From a virus (taxonomy: Duplodnaviria; Heunggongvirae; Uroviricota; Caudoviricetes): a DNA stretch of 18,704 nucleotides. Each line of letters starts with the position of its first letter. Positions within the stretch are counted from its first letter, which is position 1. The position numbers and the translations under genes are program-made. The notes beneath the pieces are model-generated. The model worked only from the letters and a program-made list of their open reading frames with translations, did no database searches and had not been told where the DNA came from. The stretch is taken from positions 1-18,704 of the IMG/VR virus record IMGVR_UViG_3300000059_000086; one strand, 5' to 3'. Positions 1-7,164 of this stretch are shown in pieces.

Positions 1-65
1 TATTGCGGAAAAGAGCTGTTCGGCGGGGCAATTAAACGCCCGTGAGAGTCTGAAATAACCGCAAG

Positions 66-140
66 CCGGAGATCAGCACCGGTCATCACAACACAACAGG
101 TAAGAGCATTTGTAGAGTTCGACTCTCTACCGTGGGCTTT
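66..140 (+). pseudogene. tRNA remnant: leader CGGAGATCAGCACC followed by a T-arm-like hairpin (tagag-TTCGACT-ctcta) and a T-run, but no complete cloverleaf
   Basis: Shares the 14-nt leader with the tRNA-Ser-like gene at 339; only a T-arm-like stem-loop with TTCGACT loop is intact; no acceptor stem or CCA found. Confidence 0.2.
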
Positions 141-170
141 TTCCCGCTTCCCGCGATGCGAGCCATAAAT

Positions 171-204
171 GCTCTTTCCGTTGTGGTGAATGCGCGTTGC
201 TGGC
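171..204 (+). repeat. Copy 1 of a ~24 bp repeat (GCTCTTTCCGTTGTGGTGAATGCG) in the tRNA region
   Basis: Near-identical core recurs at 524-547 and 1145-1170, each downstream of a tRNA or tRNA-like unit. Confidence 0.5.
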
Positions 205-338
205 GCGCAAGTCCGCCCTATGGCAACGAGGCGGCGTAGTAAATATCGATGCCTCAGTCATCAAGCGCACTGACCGGCCTTATGGGCTATGAAAAAAAGA
301 GGCGCAGTCGGAGATCAGCACCGACCACCACAATCACT

Positions 339-425
339 GGAGAGTAGGGAGCATGGTGCTCAAGCGGTCTTGAAATCCGTCCCGTCGCGCAAGCGATGAT
401 GGTTCGATTCCATTACTCTCCGCCA
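339..425 (+). tRNA. Non-canonical type II tRNA-like gene, probable tRNA-Ser (anticodon UGA)
   Basis: 7-bp acceptor stem GGAGAGT/ACTCTCC, discriminator G plus CCA, T-arm gatgg-TTCGATT-ccatt, long variable arm with tcgc/gcga stem, anticodon loop CTTGAAA; D-arm short and anticodon stem closed by a U-U mismatch, so function is uncertain. Confidence 0.5.
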
Positions 426-523
426 TCGCAACGTTAAGAGTATTTGGCTAATTAAGCGAATGCCGGAAGCAGAACCGGATCACCAAATGCGTACAGGCGT
501 CATCGCCGCCCAGCCAGCCAAGT

Positions 524-547
524 GCTCTTACCATTGCGGTGAATGCG
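524..547 (+). repeat. Copy 2 of the ~24 bp repeat (GCTCTTACCATTGCGGTGAATGCG)
   Basis: Aligns with 171-204 and 1145-1170. Confidence 0.5.
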
Positions 548-715
548 GCTAAGCGCACGCGGAACAGTTAAAACAGTAAAGGTGGTCTTTTTACTGGCGT
601 AACGAGAATCCATAAGTGATCCGGCGTTAATTGTTAACTGGTTAACGTCACCGGGAGGCACCCGGCACCGCAACCTAACAGCAATGGCGTTTGTCTTAAA
701 AGGTGGCTGCAAGTG

Positions 716-844
716 ATGGATTTTTGGGCGTTTGCCGATAAAAACCCGGAGTGGACATTATTGTTTCTGCTGGTGGTTGCATACGGGGTAGAGCAAGCGG
801 CAAAAGCCTTACGCGGTTCTGGCAAAAAGCGTAAGCGTAATTAA
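716..844 (+). CDS. Small ORF (42 aa): hydrophobic segment followed by a basic tail (GKKRKRN), ending 10 nt before the tRNA
   Basis: ATG at 716 preceded by AGGTGG about 9 nt upstream; translation MDFWAFADKNPEWTLLFLLVVAYGVEQAAKALRGSGKKRKRN; below the ORF-track length cutoff. Confidence 0.25.
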   Translation: MDFWAFADKNPEWTLLFLLVVAYGVEQAAKALRGSGKKRKRN

Positions 845-853
845 CAGTAATCT

Positions 854-929
854 GGCCCTTTAGCTCAGTGGTTAGAGCGGGCGACTCATAATCGCACGGT
901 CACCGGTTCAAGTCCGGTAGGGGCCACCA
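854..929 (+). tRNA. tRNA with CAU anticodon, ileX-like architecture (tRNA-Ile2/lysidine type, or Met)
   Basis: Full 76-nt cloverleaf: acceptor GGCCCTT/AGGGGCC, D-loop AGTGGTTAG, anticodon loop CTCATAA, T-loop TTCAAGT, 3' CCA; closely resembles E. coli ileX as remembered. Confidence 0.85.
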
Positions 930-1144
930 CATTTGGTTGTAACACGGCGTATGGCACATGCGTCGTTAGCGGTCTGGTGTAGCTGTTAGGTGCCTTACTA
1001 ACACTGCATGGGCACATCAGGTAGCCGGAATGTGCAAGTCACCGTTGGTAGGATAGCGGACTCAGGGACTCACCATCCTGGCGATTCGGTGTGACAGCCG
1101 GAATAGCACGGCGTACAACAGGAAAAGGTGTTTAATTAATACGA

Positions 1145-1170
1145 GCGCCTTCTCCGTTGTGGTAATTGCG
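1145..1170 (+). repeat. Copy 3 of the ~24 bp repeat (GCGCCTTCTCCGTTGTGGTAATTGCG)
   Basis: Aligns with 171-204 and 524-547. Confidence 0.45.
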
Positions 1171-1383
1171 GCTATGCGCTCGTGACGAAGCCATTTTCAT
1201 TCACTACGTTCTGATAAGTGTCGTCGCCGGGCGTGGCTAACCTGGCAGGTGGAGGCACCACCGCCACAACTCTTTTCAATTCATCATATAGCCGCTCAGG
1301 CTGTAACCCTTAATTAATACGAATTTACGACGTCACTACCGGTTCAGCCGGGGGATAGTCGCGCGTGTAAAAAAGGAGACGTT

Positions 1384-1959
1384 ATGTTAACGGCGAACGA
1401 TAACGCGTATTCAGAAGATGATCTCGTTTTGAGTGACTTTATAGGGCGACGAGAATGCTGGACGCAAAAGCGCGAGGAGCTTTATGCAGCGTTAGTTCGT
1501 AAAGGCGTCAACATCGAAACCGCACAGAACGGCGATATGACAGTGGTAAGTGTTGGACTGCACGGCGTAAGCGTGTCAGCAATCAATCATGAGCCGTACA
1601 TTGCGTTATCCGAGTCGATGGTAAGGTTAGTTAAGTTCCTGAAGTACACAGAAGCGAATAACGTGCTCATCGCCAAAAAGAACATCCCGTTCTCATCGGC
1701 CTTTTACTGGATGATGAAGGGGCTTGATGCCCGGCGAACATCATGGCCTAAAGGGAGCTATATATCGATGCTCCGTGGCAGTGTTGGCAGCAAAGAAAAG
1801 CTCGTCGAATTCCTGCCGGAAGAGGCATTCGATATTGTTGAAGGTTGTGATGTGATGGTTATGCCTCGCCTGGTAATGATGAATGGGGATTTACAGGCGC
1901 AGACAGACTGGTTTGCAACTGGTGTTGATATTATCGCTACTGACTGGGAGGTTTTTTGA
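1384..1959 (+). CDS. Hypothetical protein (191 aa) with a C-terminal DUF2829/Tad2-like segment
   Basis: AAGGAG RBS 7 nt upstream; C-terminal blocks FYWMMKGLDARRTSWPKG and DIIATDWEVF parallel the DUF2829-like C-terminus of the 9601-10263 product. Confidence 0.65.
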   Translation: MLTANDNAYSEDDLVLSDFIGRRECWTQKREELYAALVRKGVNIETAQNGDMTVVSVGLHGVSVSAINHEPYIALSESMVRLVKFLKYTEANNVLIAKKNIPFSSAFYWMMKGLDARRTSWPKGSYISMLRGSVGSKEKLVEFLPEEAFDIVEGCDVMVMPRLVMMNGDLQAQTDWFATGVDIIATDWEVF

Positions 1960-2339
1960 TGTACGAGGCTACTAAATTACGCATCGAGGACGCGATGCAC
2001 ATTGGTTGGGATATCATCACCTGCAAGATAACATCATGCAAGGCTACACGCACAGACGCCGGACACAAGAGCACAATATCAGGTTATGTCGTGATGTCAG
2101 TCAGGAGTGTGCGCATACGCTTCAGATGGAAAGCCTGCCAGGTTACATCATCAATGCCGCTTACCGTCGAGCAGGATTACTTATGCTTACCCGAAATAGA
2201 CGGAGCGTTGCTGGTGGGCAATAGTGGTCGAAAAGCCGATTTTGAAGCCAGTCTGAAGATGGCGCAGGCGGTGATCAACAAACATAAAGGGAAGTGGGAG
2301 GCAAAAGTTAAGCATGTTGTTCGTTTATCCCGCTGGTAG
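1959..2339 (+). CDS. Hypothetical protein (126 aa), translationally coupled to the upstream gene
   Basis: ATG at 1959 overlaps the upstream TGA (TGATG); GGGAGG RBS 8 nt upstream; the track's 1956 start is a TTG two codons earlier. Confidence 0.55.
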   Translation: MYEATKLRIEDAMHIGWDIITCKITSCKATRTDAGHKSTISGYVVMSVRSVRIRFRWKACQVTSSMPLTVEQDYLCLPEIDGALLVGNSGRKADFEASLKMAQAVINKHKGKWEAKVKHVVRLSRW

Positions 2340-2354
2340 TGTTAGTAAGTTAAT

Positions 2355-2367
2355 ATTAATTTTCTAA
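2355..2367 (-). promoter_or_regulatory. Operator-like 13-mer TTAGAAAATTAAT (minus-strand reading) upstream of the lpa-like gene
   Basis: Identical 13-mer at 8194-8206 and close variants at 6797-6809 and 6888-6900; all lie in promoter-proximal intergenic DNA. Confidence 0.4.
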
Positions 2368-2446
2368 TACATCATGTTTTTGACAGTCTTCTCAGTATTA
2401 ACAAGCTGATTATCATCCCCTCGGTCTTTTTCTGTCCGGGGGATAA

Positions 2447-2839
2447 ATGGAGCAAATCAGTAGCGCCGAAATAGCGGATATCATGATCAGGGCTGACTGC
2501 TATCTGACGGTCACCGAAATCACCAGCCGTGCAAAAGCACAATATCCTCACCTTCATGTGTCGCGCGTAAACGTAAATAACATCATACGTTTTTTTGTTC
2601 GTTCCAGTCGTGCCATTTGCGAAATAGACGACCGCGTATACCCCCGGAAATATTGGCTACATGGCCTGAATGGATACCAGTTCAAGGTGCGCGGGCGCAC
2701 TCCTGAATTCGGTCGGCTGTTGGTGAAAAACACCAACCGAAAGATAGAAGCTCAATTACGAAAGGAGCAGCGTCAGTTGGTGGCGATGACTAACCAGCTA
2801 TGGAACGCCGCCGTGAAAAAACGTGAGGCTTCCCTATGA
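2447..2839 (+). CDS. lpa: Small basic protein (130 aa) immediately upstream of and overlapping pacA; positional equivalent of P1 Lpa (late promoter activator)
   Basis: Stop overlaps the pacA start (ATGA); assignment rests on synteny with P1 lpa-pacA-pacB, not on recognised sequence similarity. Confidence 0.45.
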   Translation: MEQISSAEIADIMIRADCYLTVTEITSRAKAQYPHLHVSRVNVNNIIRFFVRSSRAICEIDDRVYPRKYWLHGLNGYQFKVRGRTPEFGRLLVKNTNRKIEAQLRKEQRQLVAMTNQLWNAAVKKREASL

Positions 2840-4200
2840 CGTTAATTAATTGGGAAGCGCATCGAGCTAAGTTCCTGGAGTTAAGAGAAGAAACCGGGAT
2901 CACCATAAAGGAATATTGCGAGCAGCATGACCTCAGCTTTAACACCGCCAGAAAGCATCTCAATATGAAAAAAAATGAGGTTAAAGCGAAAGCTAAGGCT
3001 GCCGGGAAAAGTACAAAACAGCGCGCAAAAAGCAGCGCCACAAGCCCAAAAAAAGAGCAAAAAAAGGCTGATAAAAACACAGAATTTACAAAAACTGACA
3101 AATCGTTAGCTGGTGGACGATTCCGTGCCATGCCGCAAAAACAAAATGCGGATCACAAAGAAAAGTCAAGTAATAACAACAAGATACACAAGGGTGTAAG
3201 GGGATCATTTTGTGATGAAATGGGGGAAATGATCCCTAAAAGCAGCGAAAAAGCCCAACGAAACAAGGGATCATTGCAAATGATCCCTGACTCATCAGCT
3301 CAAAGCGCCACTTTGCCTGCCACCAACGTCGCCCGTGAGATGATGAAGAACGGCGCGACTGAACATTTACGACTTGCGATACAGATGGCGCAGGAACGAG
3401 CAATTCAGTATCAGGCCATCGTTGACCAGGAAGCGGAACGACTACAGGAAGAGATTGACGCCCTCGGCGATACACAGCCAGAGGGAATGCACCCAGGGCA
3501 GCGTCTTCTCGGCCTAATAAGCGATGCGGCCTACTACATGAATGACTTTATCAGTAGGTTGGCTGCCATCTACCAGACCGAGCAGAAGCTACGCCAGGGG
3601 GATGAAAAACTTGCGCAGGGCGCGCGCCAGCAGGCATTCAGAGAGGCTGAGGCCAGAGAAAAACTGGCGATTACTCGCCTGCAAGCCGAGCAGCGTGGCA
3701 AAGAGATTGAGTATCGCATTGGCGCTGACGCACGCGCCGCCAGAGTTATCGCCGCCGCTATACGTATGCGTGAGCGCGAGGAGCTGGACGATATAGGCGT
3801 TGCTGAATATATCGAGCGGCAGGGCGTCAGTGTCCCGGCTATCCTGGCGGCACGAGCGGCAAAAGCGATCTCACTTCTGGAGCCTCCGGTTTCTGACGTT
3901 AACGATGTTGATGATGAGCAACTGGATAAAGAGGCGAAGCAGTTTGCCGAGCAACAAGCTGGACTCCCACAATGGCTTGCACAACGCCGGGCTGAAGTAG
4001 CGAAAATCGTTGATAGGCTTGGGATGGGGGATTACGACCGGAACGGAGAACGTAAAGCCGGTGAATTTGAGGCCAATGATGAAGACCTGAATATAGACCC
4101 TTCCGCCACGGCTGATATCTACGGTGATTATGACGCGGGGGATACCGGTTTTGATGCTGTAGATGACGAGATTGCGATAGACCAGCCGGAGGATGACTAA
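2836..4200 (+). CDS. pacA: PacA-like terminase small/recognition subunit (454 aa)
   Basis: N-terminal HTH-like segment, long charged coiled region, very acidic C-terminal tail; coupled to a downstream terminase ATPase; contains the GATC hexamer cluster. Confidence 0.75.
   Translation: MTLINWEAHRAKFLELREETGITIKEYCEQHDLSFNTARKHLNMKKNEVKAKAKAAGKSTKQRAKSSATSPKKEQKKADKNTEFTKTDKSLAGGRFRAMPQKQNADHKEKSSNNNKIHKGVRGSFCDEMGEMIPKSSEKAQRNKGSLQMIPDSSAQSATLPATNVAREMMKNGATEHLRLAIQMAQERAIQYQAIVDQEAERLQEEIDALGDTQPEGMHPGQRLLGLISDAAYYMNDFISRLAAIYQTEQKLRQGDEKLAQGARQQAFREAEAREKLAITRLQAEQRGKEIEYRIGADARAARVIAAAIRMREREELDDIGVAEYIERQGVSVPAILAARAAKAISLLEPPVSDVNDVDDEQLDKEAKQFAEQQAGLPQWLAQRRAEVAKIVDRLGMGDYDRNGERKAGEFEANDEDLNIDPSATADIYGDYDAGDTGFDAVDDEIAIDQPEDD
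3151..3285. promoter_or_regulatory. Candidate pac packaging site: five copies of hexamer TGATCC/GGATCA, each containing a Dam GATC
   Basis: GATC at 3151, 3203, 3231, 3269, 3282 in both orientations, two pairs forming AGGGATCATT...AATGATCCCT inverted repeats; the P1 pac site is a cluster of TGATCA/G hexamers inside pacA. Confidence 0.45.
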
Positions 4201-5708
4201 TGGCTGGTGGTCGTAAGATTAAGTGCGTGACCAGTGATCCACGTTGGCGCGATATGGTTATCAGGTATCGATACAACTTTACCCAGGCGGTTGTCGATAT
4301 TTTTGGGATGTTCCCCTCCCACCAGCAGCAGCAGATCATTCAGTCAGTGCAGGAGACGGGGAGCAGGACGACCGTTACGTCCGGACACGGAACGGGTAAG
4401 TCGTCCCTTACCGCGATGTTGCTACTAATTTTTATGATCCTGTTCCCCGACGCCCGCGTCATTATTGTTGCGAACAAAATAGGCCAGGTAAAAACAGGCG
4501 TATTCAAATACGTGAAACAGTTTTGGGCGAATGCTGTTAAGCGCCACGGCTGGTTACAGACCTATTTTGTCCTGTCTGACACCATGTTTTATGAGCGTTC
4601 CCGTAAAGGGATATGGGAAGTGCTCTGTAAAGGTTATCGACTCGGTAACGAAGAGGCACTGGCGGGGGAGCACGCGGAGCATTTACTGCTAATCCTTGAT
4701 GAAGCATCGGGCATATCCGATAAGGCGATTAACGTCATGACGGGGGCGTTAACGCAGAAAGATAACCGTATGCTCATGCTTTCCCAGCCTACGCGTCCAA
4801 GCGGTTACTTTTATGAATCCCACCATTCAAGGGCAAAGGCAGAAGGCAATCCGGAAGGAGTCTGGACGGCAATAGTCCTTAACTCTGAAGAATCACCATT
4901 CGTTGAACCGAGCTTTATTCGTGAGAAATTGCTTGAGTACGGCGGCAGGGATTCGCTGGAGTACATGGTTAAGGTGCTGGGCCAGTTCCCGCGTGCAATT
5001 AACGGGTATTTGCTTGGTCGTGATGAGTGCGACCGCGCCGCACGGCGTAAAGTGTTGCTGGAGAAAGATTGGGGCTGGGTAGCGACCGCTGACGTCGGTA
5101 ATGGTCGCGACAAATCGGTGCTCAATATATGCAAAGTATCCGGTTATCGTGAGAAAAGACGTGTTGTGAACTTTAAGATACTGGAGATGCCAGGCACTAT
5201 GGACCCGTTGGCTTTTGCCGACTTTATCTATAACGAATGCACTCCTGATAAATACCCGAACATCACCATTGCTGTGGATGCTGATGGCTTTGGTTCAGAT
5301 ACGTGTGCGCAGCTTGTCCGCCGTGGTGCTAACCCCGTTCGCATCCGTTGGGGTAAACCTATGTTTGCGCTAAGAGACAGAGAACGCTTTGTCAATCAGC
5401 GTGCTTACGCCAATATTATGGCAGGGGATGCCATTAAATCAGGGCGTATGCGTATCGATAGTGACCCCAAAACTGCCGATCAGGCATCAAAAATCCCGTA
5501 TATGCTTAACGAAGAAGGGAAGGTAGCGATGATGCGCAAGGAGCACATGCGGCAGAAGTTAAACATCAAGTCGCCGGACAGATGGGATACCTACTGCTTC
5601 ACTATGCTGGTGGATTACGTGCCTGCTAATGAAGACATTGGCGCAGAACTCGCAACATTCCGCGATCAGGTGTTGGCAGAAGTGGATATTCCTGATATTG
5701 ACATTTAA
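4200..5708 (+). CDS. pacB: PacB-like terminase large subunit (502 aa), ATPase plus nuclease
   Basis: P-loop GHGTGKSS, Walker B LLLILDEASG, C-terminal acidic cluster (VDADGFGSD) consistent with an RNase H-like nuclease half; GGAGGA RBS; start overlaps the pacA stop. Confidence 0.9.
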   Translation: MAGGRKIKCVTSDPRWRDMVIRYRYNFTQAVVDIFGMFPSHQQQQIIQSVQETGSRTTVTSGHGTGKSSLTAMLLLIFMILFPDARVIIVANKIGQVKTGVFKYVKQFWANAVKRHGWLQTYFVLSDTMFYERSRKGIWEVLCKGYRLGNEEALAGEHAEHLLLILDEASGISDKAINVMTGALTQKDNRMLMLSQPTRPSGYFYESHHSRAKAEGNPEGVWTAIVLNSEESPFVEPSFIREKLLEYGGRDSLEYMVKVLGQFPRAINGYLLGRDECDRAARRKVLLEKDWGWVATADVGNGRDKSVLNICKVSGYREKRRVVNFKILEMPGTMDPLAFADFIYNECTPDKYPNITIAVDADGFGSDTCAQLVRRGANPVRIRWGKPMFALRDRERFVNQRAYANIMAGDAIKSGRMRIDSDPKTADQASKIPYMLNEEGKVAMMRKEHMRQKLNIKSPDRWDTYCFTMLVDYVPANEDIGAELATFRDQVLAEVDIPDIDI

Positions 5709-5709
5709 A

Positions 5710-5729
5710 AGCCCCGGCGATTCGGGGCT
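5710..5729 (-). terminator. GC-rich hairpin (AGCCCCG-gcgatt-CGGGGCT) between convergent pacB and the 346-aa gene
   Basis: 7-bp stem; a T-run follows on the minus strand (TTTTAAATGT), so it most likely terminates the minus-strand gene and may act weakly for pacB. Confidence 0.55.
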
Positions 5730-5745
5730 TGTGGGTGGCTTGCGA

Positions 5746-6783
5746 TTACCAGAGTTTTGCCGCGTACATCGTTTGTGTGAATGTGTACCCATAGCGTTCT
5801 TCAACGCTTTTACCGTATTTTTTCCTGGCTTCAGTAAGGCGGATGCCTGTCAGGTCATCGCCGGAGGCAATCATAACTTCCAGTAGTTCCAGGTCCATTT
5901 TATCCAGCCTTGCCATTGCATCTTTAGCTTCTTGAATTTTCCGGCTAACGATCTGGTGTATGGCTGGATCGGCTTCGGACAGCATTTTCTCTGATTTGTT
6001 TTTTAAACTCTGATTGCGGATATCAATGTTTCTCAGGATATATGACTTCACGACATAGCTTGGCTGCTGCTTTTCCAGGTCACGAACCCGATAAAGGTCA
6101 AATTCACCGAGAAGGCCGCACGGAAGCGGTTTAATGCCAGTGTAAATGGTAAGGGTGCGGCGCTCACCAACGTTGTTAACAATGGGGATCTCAGTGTTTG
6201 CTTTTCTTGCAAAGATCAGCGCACCGTGCGTACCCACTCTGAAGCGAGAAAGTCCATTGTTGCCCTCGATATTGGTGGTAATCACAACATCGGTATAACC
6301 TTCTTTTCTTGCGCGGTATACCTCGCCCTCACGTTCAGCGGCGAAGAATCTGCGTTCTTCTTCAAGTGCACCGACAACCTGTGAAAATATCCTGTTTTTC
6401 ATGCTTTTCTTTATAGTTTTATCGTATTTTTTCAGCAGGTCTTCGCGCGTGAATGTTCTCGTTGTGGTTGCGCTTTGCATAACGATATGCGTACTCTGAT
6501 TAGTATCCTCAACAATGAATGGGATCGGTAAATAAACCGACTCAACAATGTTTGAGGCTTTGTCATCATCCTTGCGACACAGATCAACAAAGGCTTTCCA
6601 TTCGGCTATGCATTTTTCAGCTTCTTCTAATACAGCCGGATCATGTGTTAATGCAACATGGCGAAATTCCTCGCCAACGTAACTGGTATCATGGAAAACA
6701 GAGTTTGCGACCACCAGCTCTTTCCACCGTTCAGCGGTTTGCAGGAACCGTTTGTACTCATTCTCGATCGACTTCTTACTCAT
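5746..6783 (-). CDS. 346-aa protein in the c1 position of the immC region (between pacB and the recombination site); possible immunity repressor, identity unconfirmed
   Basis: ATG at 6783 with AGGAA RBS (the track's longer ORF starts at an upstream in-frame codon); convergent with pacB; operator-like 13-mers lie just upstream; no HTH or C1 similarity recognised by eye. Confidence 0.8.
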   Translation of the reverse strand: MSKKSIENEYKRFLQTAERWKELVVANSVFHDTSYVGEEFRHVALTHDPAVLEEAEKCIAEWKAFVDLCRKDDDKASNIVESVYLPIPFIVEDTNQSTHIVMQSATTTRTFTREDLLKKYDKTIKKSMKNRIFSQVVGALEEERRFFAAEREGEVYRARKEGYTDVVITTNIEGNNGLSRFRVGTHGALIFARKANTEIPIVNNVGERRTLTIYTGIKPLPCGLLGEFDLYRVRDLEKQQPSYVVKSYILRNIDIRNQSLKNKSEKMLSEADPAIHQIVSRKIQEAKDAMARLDKMDLELLEVMIASGDDLTGIRLTEARKKYGKSVEERYGYTFTQTMYAAKLW

Positions 6784-6796
6784 TATTCCTACTCGA

Positions 6797-6809
6797 TTTA
6801 GTTTTCTAA
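6797..6809 (-). promoter_or_regulatory. Operator-like 13-mer TTAGAAAACTAAA (minus-strand reading), 14 bp upstream of the 346-aa gene start
   Basis: Variant of the 13-mer at 2355 and 8194. Confidence 0.4.
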
Positions 6810-6887
6810 CATAAAAGTCCTGTGACAAATTTATGCTGAATAACAAGGTGAGTAAAGGATAAAACCGCTTTTTTTTGATTGTTCCTA

Positions 6888-6900
6888 TTAGAAAATGTAA
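6888..6900 (+). promoter_or_regulatory. Operator-like 13-mer TTAGAAAATGTAA in inverted orientation relative to 6797-6809
   Basis: Same core TTAGAAAA; paired inverted sites between the 346-aa gene and rox. Confidence 0.35.
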
Positions 6901-6980
6901 CCAGGAAACGACTACCGCATGGCTGACAGATTTGCGAAGTGATCTTGTCGGTGTTTTTTTGGGAAAAAAGTCCCGATTTC

Positions 6981-7012
6981 TAACTTTAAATAATTGGCAT
7001 TATTTAAAGTTA
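6981..7012. other. rox: rox-type site-specific recombination site: 14-bp perfect inverted repeats around a 4-bp spacer (TAACTTTAAATAAT-TGGC-ATTATTTAAAGTTA)
   Basis: Perfect palindromic arms; equals the reverse complement of the published rox site as remembered; lies about 150 bp upstream of the Cre-family recombinase gene. Confidence 0.85.
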
Positions 7013-7164
7013 GGCTATAATCTCCAGTAAACAGGTAGTATTGACAAGGATGAAAAATCATGCCTCGAATCAAAGGCTTGAATTTTTAAAATTAACTTAT
7101 AACTACCCTGTCAGTTTTCTATTTTTCACGTAGCGTCATCTGTATATAGAGGTTTAATAGTTTC

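Noticed and set aside
500-825. Minus-strand track ORFs 500..712 and 634..825
   Set aside because: They overlap each other and the tRNA-flanking repeat region, have no convincing RBS and low-complexity translations; the region is better explained by tRNA-associated non-coding sequence.
854-929. Possibility that the tRNA marks a chromosomal integration site with the rest being an integrated island
   Set aside because: The tRNA sits among phage-type tRNA-like units, and the window carries a rox/Cre-family resolution system and a phd-doc addiction module typical of a P1-like plasmid-prophage; no integrase of the chromosomal-island type or att-like tRNA 3' duplication was seen. Cannot be fully excluded without flanking sequence.
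2790-4339. Antisense track ORFs inside pacA and pacB (2790..3131, 3236..3475, 3899..4339 minus; 3542..3796, 3800..4000 plus)
   Set aside because: They lie within or antisense to strongly supported packaging genes and have Arg/Ser-rich translations typical of out-of-frame GC-rich sequence.
5710-5729. Hairpin as the primary terminator of pacB
   Set aside because: The U-run follows the hairpin only on the minus strand, so it more likely terminates the convergent 346-aa gene; pacB termination here would be weak.
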